NCBI RefSeq assembly: GCF_000015225.1
Contig: NC_008698.1
Span: 1,530,001 to 1,562,000, forward strand
Length of the DNA stretch: 32,000 nt
Reading direction: 5' to 3'
From: Thermofilum pendens Hrk 5
Lineage (GTDB): Archaea > Thermoproteota > Thermoprotei > Thermofilales > Thermofilaceae
Within the stretch, counting starts at the first letter, position 1. The number at the start of each line of letters is the position of its first letter. The position numbers were made by a program, and so were the translations under genes. Shown here piece by piece: positions 16,856 to 24,843 of the stretch. Under the pieces are notes generated by a model that ran no database searches, was not told the DNA's origin, and worked only from the letters and a program-made list of their open reading frames with translations.

Positions 16856-17207
16856 CTAGAGTTGTCTGCTAGCAGGGCTAGAGCGACCGTAGGCTCTTTT
16901 TAGCTCTTCGATCACCGAGGGATTACCGGCTAGTAGCCTACCGTAGCTGAGGATTTCACAAACGAGCCTACTCCCAGCCGAGGCCATCCTCTTCAACTCA
17001 TCTATTGTGTAGACTGGGCTCTAAATCTGTGGACAGCGTCGGGTCGAGAAAGTCTAAAGCCCTATCCATGGGCCTCCTACAATCTCTCTCAACCACGACG
17101 ACTACATCAGCGTCAGAGAACGCCGTGTAGTCGCTCCTAGCCAGCGAGCCGATTAGGATAACGGCCAAGGCGCCGCGCTCGACGGCGCGCTTAGCGTACT
17201 CACTCAA
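16856..17207 (-). pseudogene. Minimal nucleotidyltransferase (MNT, antitoxin-type) disrupted by one frameshift
   Basis: Frame 1 gives ...ILIGSLARSDYTAFSDADVVVVV...TDLEP then stops at 16998. The frame offset by one nucleotide continues as VYTIDELKRMASAGSRLVCEILSYGRLLAG... down to the stop at 16856-16858. The frame change maps to about 17015-17018. Confidence 0.7.
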
Positions 17208-17619
17208 CTCCTTCGCGACTCTCTCCGCATCCAGCTTGAAGAATCTTACCTCTGACGTACTCGATCACCCTACTCGCGTTATCAACAGCCCTCTCCGCGT
17301 CACCCCCTCGTGTAGTAATCCATCGGTGCACCCTCGACGTGCGCATTCGGATACCTAGTGGGTATGTAGTGCCTGTCAAGCTCCTTAGACGCATCGATAA
17401 TCTCCTGGCTAGGCTTAAGCTCGCTCGGCAAGTGCTCGAGCATCTTAGAGACCGAGTAGCCCCAAATCTCGATGCCGAGGCACTGGTAGAGCGCTTTGAC
17501 AACCTTCTCAGCACCGCGAAACACGCCCACTCGTAGCACCCGGAATCCATGGACCTCCTAGCCAGCTTGAGGTCGTGAGCCGCCTGACGGAGCCAGTCGC
17601 ATACCCTAGACACTATCAA
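17200..17619 (-). pseudogene. HEPN domain protein (toxin-type) disrupted by two frameshifts
   Basis: N-terminus WLRQAAHDLKLARRSMDSGCYEWACF is in frame A. The core ...GAEKVVKALYQ...ELDRHYIPTRYPN...DYYTRG is in frame B (17300-17539). The C-terminus GDAERAVDNASRVIEYVRGKIL is back in frame A. Shift points are about 17510-17520 and the C5 run at 17303-17307. Confidence 0.75.
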
Positions 17620-17661
17620 TGACTAGTGTTCGGCTTAAGAGCTAAGCGTTGACGGGAAAAC

Positions 17662-18249
17662 CTACTCTGGGCAACGCTCCCGGTTTGCCTGCGCCTCTCT
17701 TCTCAGGGTTCTCGCTACCTCCTCCACGACCTTGTAGTGAAAGTCTTCTTGAGATGCTATGCTCCTCATAAGTAACGATGCTAGACCCTTGCACTCCTCA
17801 GCTATGAGCACTGAGTACAGCTTGCTGTAGATCTCCTCCCCCGCCACCTTCTCCACGGAGTTGAACCTTTCCAGTAGCGACGCGACCTCCTCGAGAGAGA
17901 CTTCCACCCCGGATGAAAGCCTCTCAGCTACCTGGAGCATTTCCTCTACCATCCTGAAGCCTTCCTCTCCAAAGAAGCGCCTGCAATCTTCCGCGCCCGC
18001 GGGCTTCCCGAAGAAAGCTACGATAATCTCGTAGTGGTTTTTGCTTTCTAAGCCCACAACCTCGAGGGCTTTAGACAACCTGGGGTCCTTCACCTTCCGC
18101 GCTAACGCTGTGTAGAACTTGCAAGCGGCTTCTTCGAGGATGGCCAAGCATTCGGGCTTGAACCCTTCGATCACGGTTAATTCAACGATAGCCCATCTTA
18201 TATAGTATTTTGCGAAAAGCTTAAATAACCCAAAGAGAGGTATCAGCAC
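17662..18249 (-). CDS. Ferritin-like/rubrerythrin-fold four-helix-bundle protein (tentative); true start probably GTG 18174
   Basis: Two-fold helical pattern: EEAACKFYTALA ... LESKNHYE and GEEIYSKLY ... SQEDFHYK, the latter with ExxH. The first 25 codons of the ORF are encoded by promoter-like AT-rich DNA. That DNA includes CTATATAAG (minus strand, 18197-18205), 27 nt upstream of in-frame GTG 18174. Confidence 0.4.
   Translation of the reverse strand: MLIPLFGLFKLFAKYYIRWAIVELTVIEGFKPECLAILEEAACKFYTALARKVKDPRLSKALEVVGLESKNHYEIIVAFFGKPAGAEDCRRFFGEEGFRMVEEMLQVAERLSSGVEVSLEEVASLLERFNSVEKVAGEEIYSKLYSVLIAEECKGLASLLMRSIASQEDFHYKVVEEVARTLRREAQANRERCPE
18197..18227. promoter_or_regulatory. Back-to-back divergent TATA-like boxes
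   Basis: CTATATAAG on the minus strand would serve the ferritin-like gene. CTTAAATAA on the plus strand (18219-18227) would serve the transporter gene. The transporter ATG 18268 is preceded by GAGGTG at 18255-18260. Confidence 0.4.
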
Positions 18250-18267
18250 CCAAAGAGGTGCCCCTGA

Positions 18268-19533
18268 ATGGAGAGGTTCAGCTACGGGAAGATATTCCTC
18301 CTGGGGTTCGGGTTCTTCGGGATAAGCATCCTGTGGTCTATCTACAACTCCTACGTCCCGATATTCCTGAAAGAGTTCGGGCTCGCATCGTGGCTCGTAG
18401 GGTTCATAATGACTATCGACAACATATTCGCGGTCGTGCTTCTCCCCTACATAGGCGTGCTGAGCGACGTAACTAGGACGAGGATAGGCAGAAGGAAGCC
18501 CTACATAATCCTCGGGGCCCCTCCAGCCGCGCTGACATTCGCGCTGATACCGCTACTCAGAGGAGACTTCTACGCGATGCTAGCCGTTATAGTCGTGATG
18601 AACTTTTCGATGGCGTTGTTCAGGTCGCCTGTAATAGCGTTCATGCCCGACATAACCCCCTCGGAGAAGAGAAGCCAGGCGAACGGCATAATAAACTTCA
18701 TGGGCGGCGTTGGATCCCTCCTAGCGTTCTTCGTGGGCGCAAAGCTCTACGAAATGAACCCCTCCTACCCCTTCGTAGCCGCGGCAGTCACGATGCTCCT
18801 GGCATCGCTACTCGTTGTCCTACTCGTAGACGAGCCCGAGGAGTTCAAGGCGAGGGGAGGGTCCGTCAGGCTGGGCGAGCTCCTGCGGGAGTCGTTTAGG
18901 AAGAGCTTCTCAGAGCTCTCGGCGAACCTCAGGGAGGCGTTCCTGGGCGAGGATAAAAGCCTCCTCTTCATGCTAGCCTCGATCTTCCTGTGGTTCATAG
19001 GCTACAACGCGATAGAGACTTTCTTCACCAGCTACGCGAAGTGGTACCTGGGGATCGGGGAGGCGGCGGGCTCCCTGATCCTGGGCTTCGTGGCGCTCGG
19101 GTTCCTCGTGTTCTCCCTACCCGCGGGCTTTATCGGGGCGAGGCTCGGCAGGAGGAAGACCATGACGCTCGGGCTCGCCCTGCTGGTAGTCCTGCTCGGC
19201 TTAGCGTTCTACGCCTCGACAGCCGTGAAGACAGGGGCGGTGATCTACGTTCTAGGCGCCATATTCTTCTTCGGAGGATTCGCTTGGGCCCTCGTCAACG
19301 TCAACTCCCTTCCAACCGTGGTGGACATGACCAGTAGGGAGAGGCTCGGAGCATACACGGGGCTCTACTACTTCGCGTCCCAGAGCGCCGCTATAACCGC
19401 CCCGCCGCTGGCAGGCCTCTTCATAGACGTGCTCGGCTACCAGGCGCTATTCCCCTACTCGATAGTCTTCCTCCTAGCGTCCGCGGTAACACTACAGTTC
19501 GTTAAGCGCGGGGAAGCCAGGAAAGGGTTCTAA
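18268..19533 (+). CDS. MFS/GPH-family glycoside-type transporter
   Basis: 421 aa with about 12 TM segments. The loop motif DVTRTRIGRRKPYI resembles the D-x-x-x-R-x-G-R-R-(K/R)-P signature of GPH/SLC45-like sugar transporters. Confidence 0.75.
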   Translation: MERFSYGKIFLLGFGFFGISILWSIYNSYVPIFLKEFGLASWLVGFIMTIDNIFAVVLLPYIGVLSDVTRTRIGRRKPYIILGAPPAALTFALIPLLRGDFYAMLAVIVVMNFSMALFRSPVIAFMPDITPSEKRSQANGIINFMGGVGSLLAFFVGAKLYEMNPSYPFVAAAVTMLLASLLVVLLVDEPEEFKARGGSVRLGELLRESFRKSFSELSANLREAFLGEDKSLLFMLASIFLWFIGYNAIETFFTSYAKWYLGIGEAAGSLILGFVALGFLVFSLPAGFIGARLGRRKTMTLGLALLVVLLGLAFYASTAVKTGAVIYVLGAIFFFGGFAWALVNVNSLPTVVDMTSRERLGAYTGLYYFASQSAAITAPPLAGLFIDVLGYQALFPYSIVFLLASAVTLQFVKRGEARKGF

Positions 19534-19537
19534 ACAT

Positions 19538-19550
19538 CTTTTATTCTCTC
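19538..19550 (+). terminator. T-rich tract after the transporter gene
   Basis: CTTTTATTCTCTC begins 5 nt after the stop codon. Confidence 0.25.
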
Positions 19551-19572
19551 CCGGTCGCTCAAGCGCGGCGCG

Positions 19573-20472
19573 CTAAGCTAGGTCTATTATGTCCTTCACC
19601 AGGACTAAGGCGAACGCCAGCTTTTCGACTACGGCCCTAGGCCATACACCCTCCCTCGACTTCAGGTACTCCTCCAGCCTTCGGTAGTCGAGCAACAGCT
19701 CGTCCCTACTCTCGCTACCCTCCAGGAAAAGCTTCACAGACCTCCTCTGGAGGTCGGCCAGCGCCCGGGAAGCTTCCGCCAAGCCTTCCTCCGGTAGCCG
19801 CGCGTCGAGCCTGGCTAGGCTCTCGTAGGAGTCGCCCAGGTTCTCCAGGTTCTTCGCCGTAAGCCTCATGTCGAGGAGCCTCAGCCTCTCGTCGGGGGAC
19901 AGCGTCGGGTCCCTAATCCTTCTACGCATTATCCTCACGGCTAGAAAGTAGAGCCTGTCAACCCTGTCGTCAAGGGCGGATACCGCGGAGGCGTCGCCTC
20001 CTCCTAGAAGCAGGTCGGTAGCCTTTAGGAGCATTTCCCGTGTCGTAGAATCCATCCTGTAGATTATCGAGTCAAGGTTGTAGTCAGGCTTTATGAAGCA
20101 CTGCAGGACAAGCCTCTCCGAGCCCTCCTCGACGAGCTCCAACCCTGGAAGCAACCTCTGGGCGCTCTCAACGCCTGCACGCGCCTTGTCGAGACACCCC
20201 GGGGAAAGCTCTACCTCTATGACCTCGTAGCCCTTCAGGTACGCCGAGAGTATACGCCTAAACACGTGCTCGTCGCAGAGAACCTTTACGCTTAGCTGCT
20301 CCTCCCGCCCCCTCTCCGCCGGGCGTACCAGCAGGGACCCGTCCGGCAAGTACTCTATCTTCACGTAGGACCCCGCGAGCCCCAGCTGCTCCACCCAGCC
20401 CTTGGGTAACGCGACGTAGTAGCCCCCGCTAATCCTTATTACGCGCTTAAACGTCACAACTAAGTTTAACAA
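19573..20472 (-). CDS. AbrB/SpoVT-domain plus PhoU-like domain regulator (archaeal PhoU homolog)
   Basis: The N-terminus VIRISGGYYVALPKGWVEQLGL matches the swapped-hairpin AbrB motif. The C-terminal helical repeats (RMDSTTREMLLKATDLL..., DDRVDRLYFLAVRIM) are PhoU-like. The start may be GTG 20457, given TTTTAAGG/TTTAAGG boxes directly upstream. Confidence 0.7.
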   Translation of the reverse strand: MLNLVVTFKRVIRISGGYYVALPKGWVEQLGLAGSYVKIEYLPDGSLLVRPAERGREEQLSVKVLCDEHVFRRILSAYLKGYEVIEVELSPGCLDKARAGVESAQRLLPGLELVEEGSERLVLQCFIKPDYNLDSIIYRMDSTTREMLLKATDLLLGGGDASAVSALDDRVDRLYFLAVRIMRRRIRDPTLSPDERLRLLDMRLTAKNLENLGDSYESLARLDARLPEEGLAEASRALADLQRRSVKLFLEGSESRDELLLDYRRLEEYLKSREGVWPRAVVEKLAFALVLVKDIIDLA

Positions 20473-20539
20473 CCTTAAACCTTAAAACCTTCGTTGATGC
20501 GCGCGAGCTTTTTATACTGCGCCTGCGAAGAATATCTGC

Positions 20540-21049
20540 GTGGGTAGAGCGTTTGAGCTCAGCTATGGCTCCCTCTTCCTGCTACTAGCTCTGATATACT
20601 TTCTCCACCAAGCGGTCGGCGAGCTCAAGGAAGCCTTCCTGCACGGCGCGCATCCGAGCCACGTCCTGCGCCTAGCCGTCTCCGAGGAGGGAGGCAGGGT
20701 CGTGCTCCTACTCTTCCCGCCCCCTGTCGCCGGGCTTCGATCAGAGCTCGCCGAGTGGGCAAGGCTGGCGGGGTTCAGCTTGGCGCTCGACGGGACCTTT
20801 AAAAGGGTACTCGGAGGAATACACGCCGACGTAAGCGTAGAGCCTCTCGCCTACTCCCTCTCCCGCTTCCTGGAAGCCCGAGGATACGCCGTCAAGGCGT
20901 TTACGAGGCGCATCCTGGGAACCACCCCCCTCGTAGAGCTGAGAGTAGAGGAAAAGCTTTCCAGGAGAATCGGCAACGCCTTGAGGAAGCTCCTACGGGC
21001 GTGCAAGTGCGCGAGTCCTAGCTTTCTGAACTCCCGCGCACCGAACTAA
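20540..21049 (+). CDS. Hypothetical protein with one N-terminal TM segment
   Basis: 169-codon ORF with a GTG start 27 nt downstream of CTTTTTATAC (20508-20517). It lies 19 nt upstream of the Cas4-like gene. No domain recognised. Confidence 0.5.
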   Translation: MGRAFELSYGSLFLLLALIYFLHQAVGELKEAFLHGAHPSHVLRLAVSEEGGRVVLLLFPPPVAGLRSELAEWARLAGFSLALDGTFKRVLGGIHADVSVEPLAYSLSRFLEARGYAVKAFTRRILGTTPLVELRVEEKLSRRIGNALRKLLRACKCASPSFLNSRAPN

Positions 21050-21068
21050 GGCACGGCAAAATGGAGAG

Positions 21069-21749
21069 ATGGGTCGCAGTCCGCCAGGTATAATAGCTTC
21101 CTCCCCGCGATTCTACAGCGTGTCTGGCCTCGACATAGTTAAGGAGCTTTACGGGCTGTTCAGGGAGGAGAGAGCGAGGCACCAGAGGGAGAGAGGCGTT
21201 GTGTGGGTTACAGACCTCGTATCGTGTAGCCTGAAGCCTGTGTTCTCGCTGGAATACGAGGAGCTCGCCCTCTCGGAGTTCTTCAGCCCACCCCTCGTCC
21301 TCGGAACGCTCGTGCACCGAGGGCTCGAAGCCCTCCTATCCCAGGTTCTCGCCGCAAAGCAGTACAGAGTAGAGGTGGAGCCCGAGAGAAGCCTCGAGGT
21401 CAGCGTTGACGACGCCAAGTACACCCTGAAGGGTAGGGCCGACCTCGTCGTCACGACGCCCGAGGGGGCTAGGATCGGCGTCGAGATCAAGACGTTGAGG
21501 GGCGACGCCGCACTGCCGCTAGAGCACCACGTGGACCAGGCGAGGATCTACAACCTTCTCTTCGACCTCGAGAAGAGCTACCTGGTGTACATCTCCCCCG
21601 AGAGGCTGGCTCAGTACGAGGTGGGGGACAGGATGGGGCTCGACGAGGTAGCCTCCAGGATACGCGAGCCCAGGGCGCCGCGCTACACCTGGGAGTGCAG
21701 GTACTGCCCCTTCAGCGTCATATGCCCTTCGAAGGTTGCGAAGGCTTGA
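21069..21749 (+). CDS. Cas4-like PD-(D/E)xK nuclease with four-Cys cluster (stand-alone)
   Basis: N-terminal Cys in TDLVSCSLKP. Nuclease motifs GRADLVV ... VEIKT ... QARIY. C-terminal CRYCPFSVIC is the CX2CX5C motif. This is the Cas4/DUF83 pattern. Confidence 0.75.
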   Translation: MGRSPPGIIASSPRFYSVSGLDIVKELYGLFREERARHQRERGVVWVTDLVSCSLKPVFSLEYEELALSEFFSPPLVLGTLVHRGLEALLSQVLAAKQYRVEVEPERSLEVSVDDAKYTLKGRADLVVTTPEGARIGVEIKTLRGDAALPLEHHVDQARIYNLLFDLEKSYLVYISPERLAQYEVGDRMGLDEVASRIREPRAPRYTWECRYCPFSVICPSKVAKA

Positions 21750-21751
21750 CC

Positions 21752-22255
21752 CTACCTGAGGTTCTTGTAGAGAGCTACGACCGCCAGGAGGGCTGAGAGG
21801 GCCAATGAGACGTATAGGGGTAGGCCTACCCCCCGGAGCCCGAGGAATACCATGGAGGAGCCTGCCAGCGCGAATGCAAGCACTAGTAGCTTGTCGATAA
21901 CGGCGTAGATCAGGAGGGCGAATACGAGGGCTAACACTAGGAGGGGGCCTTCCCCGGGCACCACGTACCCGTGCGATTCCAGCGCGTAGGCTATGGCGAA
22001 GCCGGCGATAAGCGAGACTGCGAGCTTGAAGACGGCGAAGCCTATGAGCGCGCCCACAAAGAAGCCTATGAGGAAAAGTACTAGGGGCGTTAGCGCCGAC
22101 TTGAGAGCCGGCGTAGAGAAAGCGTAGAAAGCGTAGCCCACGGCGATGGCAGAGATGAAGGACACCCAGAGCCTCGCAATCCTATAGCCCCAGACAGCCG
22201 TCACGAAGCCCAAGACTATCATCAACACGTAGTCCGCGAAGCCCAGCACGAGCAT
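21752..22255 (-). CDS. Integral membrane protein, unknown function
   Basis: 167 aa, almost entirely hydrophobic with about 5 TM segments. A TATA-like ATAAAGTATTTAAG (minus strand) lies about 25-30 nt upstream. Confidence 0.65.
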   Translation of the reverse strand: MLVLGFADYVLMIVLGFVTAVWGYRIARLWVSFISAIAVGYAFYAFSTPALKSALTPLVLFLIGFFVGALIGFAVFKLAVSLIAGFAIAYALESHGYVVPGEGPLLVLALVFALLIYAVIDKLLVLAFALAGSSMVFLGLRGVGLPLYVSLALSALLAVVALYKNLR

Positions 22256-22470
22256 TCATTGCACCGGTCTCTTAAATACTTTATACATACAGTACTAAAC
22301 GCCTCGATAACAGCGAGAGACCAGGCGAGAAAAACTGTGATAACAGACTTTCAGCATGGTGGCAGGAGGAGACTCGTGTACGTATTGGTGAAGCTCTGCT
22401 GGAGAGAGCTGTTGATTAGGGAAGATATGACAGCAGGATATATATAGGAGTTTGTATAGCAAGTCTTTCG

Positions 22471-22977
22471 ATGACAGTGGGATTTCGCGGGGAGACGGTG
22501 TTCCCCGAGTGTTGCAGGCACCTGTTTAGAAGCCCCGAGCTATCAGGCGTCATCAACTTGGAGAGAGACTTCCTCTGCTGCGCCGAGGACTACCCAGTCG
22601 CGCTGGTGCCCATCGGGCTACTTAGGCCTCACGAAGAGGTAGACCCGTCGAGGCTGAGGTCGCTCGAGGAGGAGATCCTCGGCGCCGGATACCTTGAGAG
22701 ACCTGTACTCGTGGAGTGCGAGACGCTGATAATTCTCGACGGGCACCACAGGGTCGCCGTTCTCAGGAAGCTGGGGAAGACTGTGGTTCCAGCGTTGCTG
22801 GTTAGCTACGAGGATCCGTGCGTGAGCGTGGACAGCTGGAGGAGCGACTGGGTTGTAACCAAGGACCTCGTTATTAGAGCCGGGTTTACCGGGAAGCTAC
22901 TCCCCCACAAGACTAGCAGGCACCGCCTGTGCTTCGAGGTACCGGAGGTGAGGTACCCTCTGTCCATGCTGAGGTGA
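22471..22977 (+). CDS. ParB/sulfiredoxin-fold protein, candidate ADP-dependent L-serine kinase (SerK-like)
   Basis: LRPHEEVDPSRL...ILDGHHRVAVLRKLG matches the ParB-like DGHHR core. Its stop overlaps the start of the O-phosphoserine sulfhydrylase gene. The ATATATATAGG box lies about 25-30 nt upstream. Confidence 0.55.
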   Translation: MTVGFRGETVFPECCRHLFRSPELSGVINLERDFLCCAEDYPVALVPIGLLRPHEEVDPSRLRSLEEEILGAGYLERPVLVECETLIILDGHHRVAVLRKLGKTVVPALLVSYEDPCVSVDSWRSDWVVTKDLVIRAGFTGKLLPHKTSRHRLCFEVPEVRYPLSMLR

Positions 22978-24131
22978 CCCCCGTGGACGCGCGTTTCCGC
23001 GGAGACGAGCACTTGAGGAGAGTGCTCGAAGTAGCTTCGAGGATTCTTAGGGAGGGCCGCGTTAAGTGCTTGTCCGGGAGGCCCGAGGACGCCCTAGTGG
23101 AGGAGGCCCTCGCTATGCTCGGGTGCAGGGTTCCGCGGTGCGGAGAGGCGCCCGCGGAGTGTAGCCTGGAGGAGCTCGGCTTCTACGAAGACGTGTCGCC
23201 GTCCACCCTTAGGGTTTTCAACAGCACCGAGGAGCTCCTCTACAAGAACTGGCCCACGCCCCTCGTGAGGCTCAACTCTCTGGGCGACGGGAAGGTGCGC
23301 GCCTGGGCTAAGCTCGAGTTCTTCAACCCGTTCAGCATGAGCGTTAAGGACAGGATTGGCTGGTACATGGTGAAGAAGCTCCTCGAAAAGCATCCCGGCG
23401 CGAGCCTCGCGCTCTACGAGGCGACGAGCACGAACACGGGGATGGCGCTCGCTGCGATGGGCGCAATTAAAGGGTTCAGGGTGAAGCTCTTCCTCCCGGA
23501 GACTATCCAAAAGGCTTCCGACACTCTGCTGTCAGTCATGGGGGCAGAAGTGCGCAGAGTGCCGAAAAGCCTCACAGTCGAGTTTATAGACGACGTGGAG
23601 CACCTAGCGAAAGAGGAGGGCGGGGTACACCTAAACCAGTTCGAAAACGACGCGAACTTCGGGGTACACCTGAGGTACACGGCCAAGGAGCTAGACCTCC
23701 AGGTTAGAAGCGCAAAGCTAAATCTGCGCGGCATCGTAGGGGGGCTGGGGACCTCCGGGCACCTCTCAGCGCTCTCGCTGTACTTTAAGAGCAGGTACAG
23801 CGACGTGAAGATATACGGCGTTCAACCCGCCCCCGGCACCGTGATCCCCGGGATCAGGAGGGTGGAGACGGGTATGAAGTGGGTTCACTACGTATCCGTG
23901 GACAAGGTGGTCGACGTAACCCCGGAGGAGGCGGTCGCCCACGCCGTGAAGGTGGCGAGGAGGGAGGGGATACTGGTGGGGCTCAGTAGCGGAGCGGTAA
24001 CGGCGGCGTTCGAGGCTCTCTACAGCGGCGGCGAGCTACCCGAGGGCGACTACGTACTCGTATACCCCGACCACGGCTTCAAGTACGTAGAGCAGTTCTC
24101 CAAGTACCTTCCAATAATCCACCAGCGCTGA
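22974..24131 (+). CDS. cysO: O-phosphoserine sulfhydrylase / cysteine synthase, Aeropyrum type with N-terminal extension
   Basis: PLP lysine context NPFSMSVKDR. Further matches: NQFENDANF, GGLGTSGHLSA, IPGIRRVETGM, and an N-terminal extra domain (REGRVKCLSG) as in A. pernix OPSS. I chose the GTG 22974 start, which gives a GTGA overlap. ORF track 22929 is also possible. Confidence 0.85.
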   Translation: MTPVDARFRGDEHLRRVLEVASRILREGRVKCLSGRPEDALVEEALAMLGCRVPRCGEAPAECSLEELGFYEDVSPSTLRVFNSTEELLYKNWPTPLVRLNSLGDGKVRAWAKLEFFNPFSMSVKDRIGWYMVKKLLEKHPGASLALYEATSTNTGMALAAMGAIKGFRVKLFLPETIQKASDTLLSVMGAEVRRVPKSLTVEFIDDVEHLAKEEGGVHLNQFENDANFGVHLRYTAKELDLQVRSAKLNLRGIVGGLGTSGHLSALSLYFKSRYSDVKIYGVQPAPGTVIPGIRRVETGMKWVHYVSVDKVVDVTPEEAVAHAVKVARREGILVGLSSGAVTAAFEALYSGGELPEGDYVLVYPDHGFKYVEQFSKYLPIIHQR

Positions 24132-24211
24132 GGCAACTTTGCAAACCTCATTCGTCGGCAAAAGCGTCTCGGCAGTAAACCGTATTAACCCTCGCCGGAT
24201 GATAGTATTCG

Positions 24212-24769
24212 ATGAAGCTCCACGAAATAACAAGAGACTTGCTTCTAAGCGCCTTCGGCGGAGAGTCAATGGCGCACATGAGGTACCTGGTGTTCGCCGA
24301 GATAGCCGATAGAGAAGGTTTCCCAAACGTCGCTAGACTCTTCAGAGCAATAGCCTACGCCGAGTTCGTGCACGCGAAAAACCACTACGGGAACCTCGGC
24401 GACTACAAGGAGGCTTTCCCCGTGTACGCCGGCACCCCAGCGGGGCCTGGAACTACCTCCAAGAACCTCGAACTAGCCATAATGGGCGAGGAATACGAGG
24501 TTAACGAGATGTACCCAGCCTACATCGAGGTCGCCAGGTTCCAGGGCGAGAAGGGGGCCGAGAGGAGCTTCCGCTGGGCCCTCGAAGCGGAGAAGATCCA
24601 CGCGAAGCTATACAGGGAGGCTAAAGCCAGCGTAGACCAAGGAAAGGACTGGCCGATAGACGGGAAAGTCTGGGTATGCCCCGTATGCGGGCACACGTAC
24701 GTTGGACCAGAGCCGCCCGAGAAGTGCCCGATCTGCGGAGCCCCGAGAGAGAAATACCAGGGGTTCTGA
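24212..24769 (+). CDS. rbr: Rubrerythrin
   Basis: Diiron four-helix bundle motifs (GESMAHMRY, AEFVHAKNH, EEYEVNEMY, EAEKIHAKLY) plus a C-terminal rubredoxin-like CPVCG...CPICG. Confidence 0.9.
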   Translation: MKLHEITRDLLLSAFGGESMAHMRYLVFAEIADREGFPNVARLFRAIAYAEFVHAKNHYGNLGDYKEAFPVYAGTPAGPGTTSKNLELAIMGEEYEVNEMYPAYIEVARFQGEKGAERSFRWALEAEKIHAKLYREAKASVDQGKDWPIDGKVWVCPVCGHTYVGPEPPEKCPICGAPREKYQGF

Positions 24770-24781
24770 GGAGAAAATAAC

Positions 24782-24790
24782 TTCCTTTTT
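24782..24790 (+). terminator. T5 tract after rubrerythrin
   Basis: TTCCTTTTT lies 13 nt after the stop codon. Confidence 0.3.
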
Positions 24791-24843
24791 CCCCTCTGGG
24801 CGGGCTCGAAAGATTTTAGAACCTTTAGCGTTGTTTGACGCCT

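Noticed and set aside
22259-22447. 62-codon ORF in the AT-rich intergenic region upstream of the SerK-like gene
   Set aside because: It spans two divergent TATA-like promoter elements. Its composition is unlike neighbouring genes, and it has no motif and a non-ATG start. It is more likely regulatory or non-coding sequence.
24036-24326. 96-codon minus-strand ORF bridging the OPSS 3' end and the rubrerythrin 5' end
   Set aside because: It overlaps two well-supported plus-strand genes and their intergenic promoter. No recognisable motif. It is a shadow ORF.
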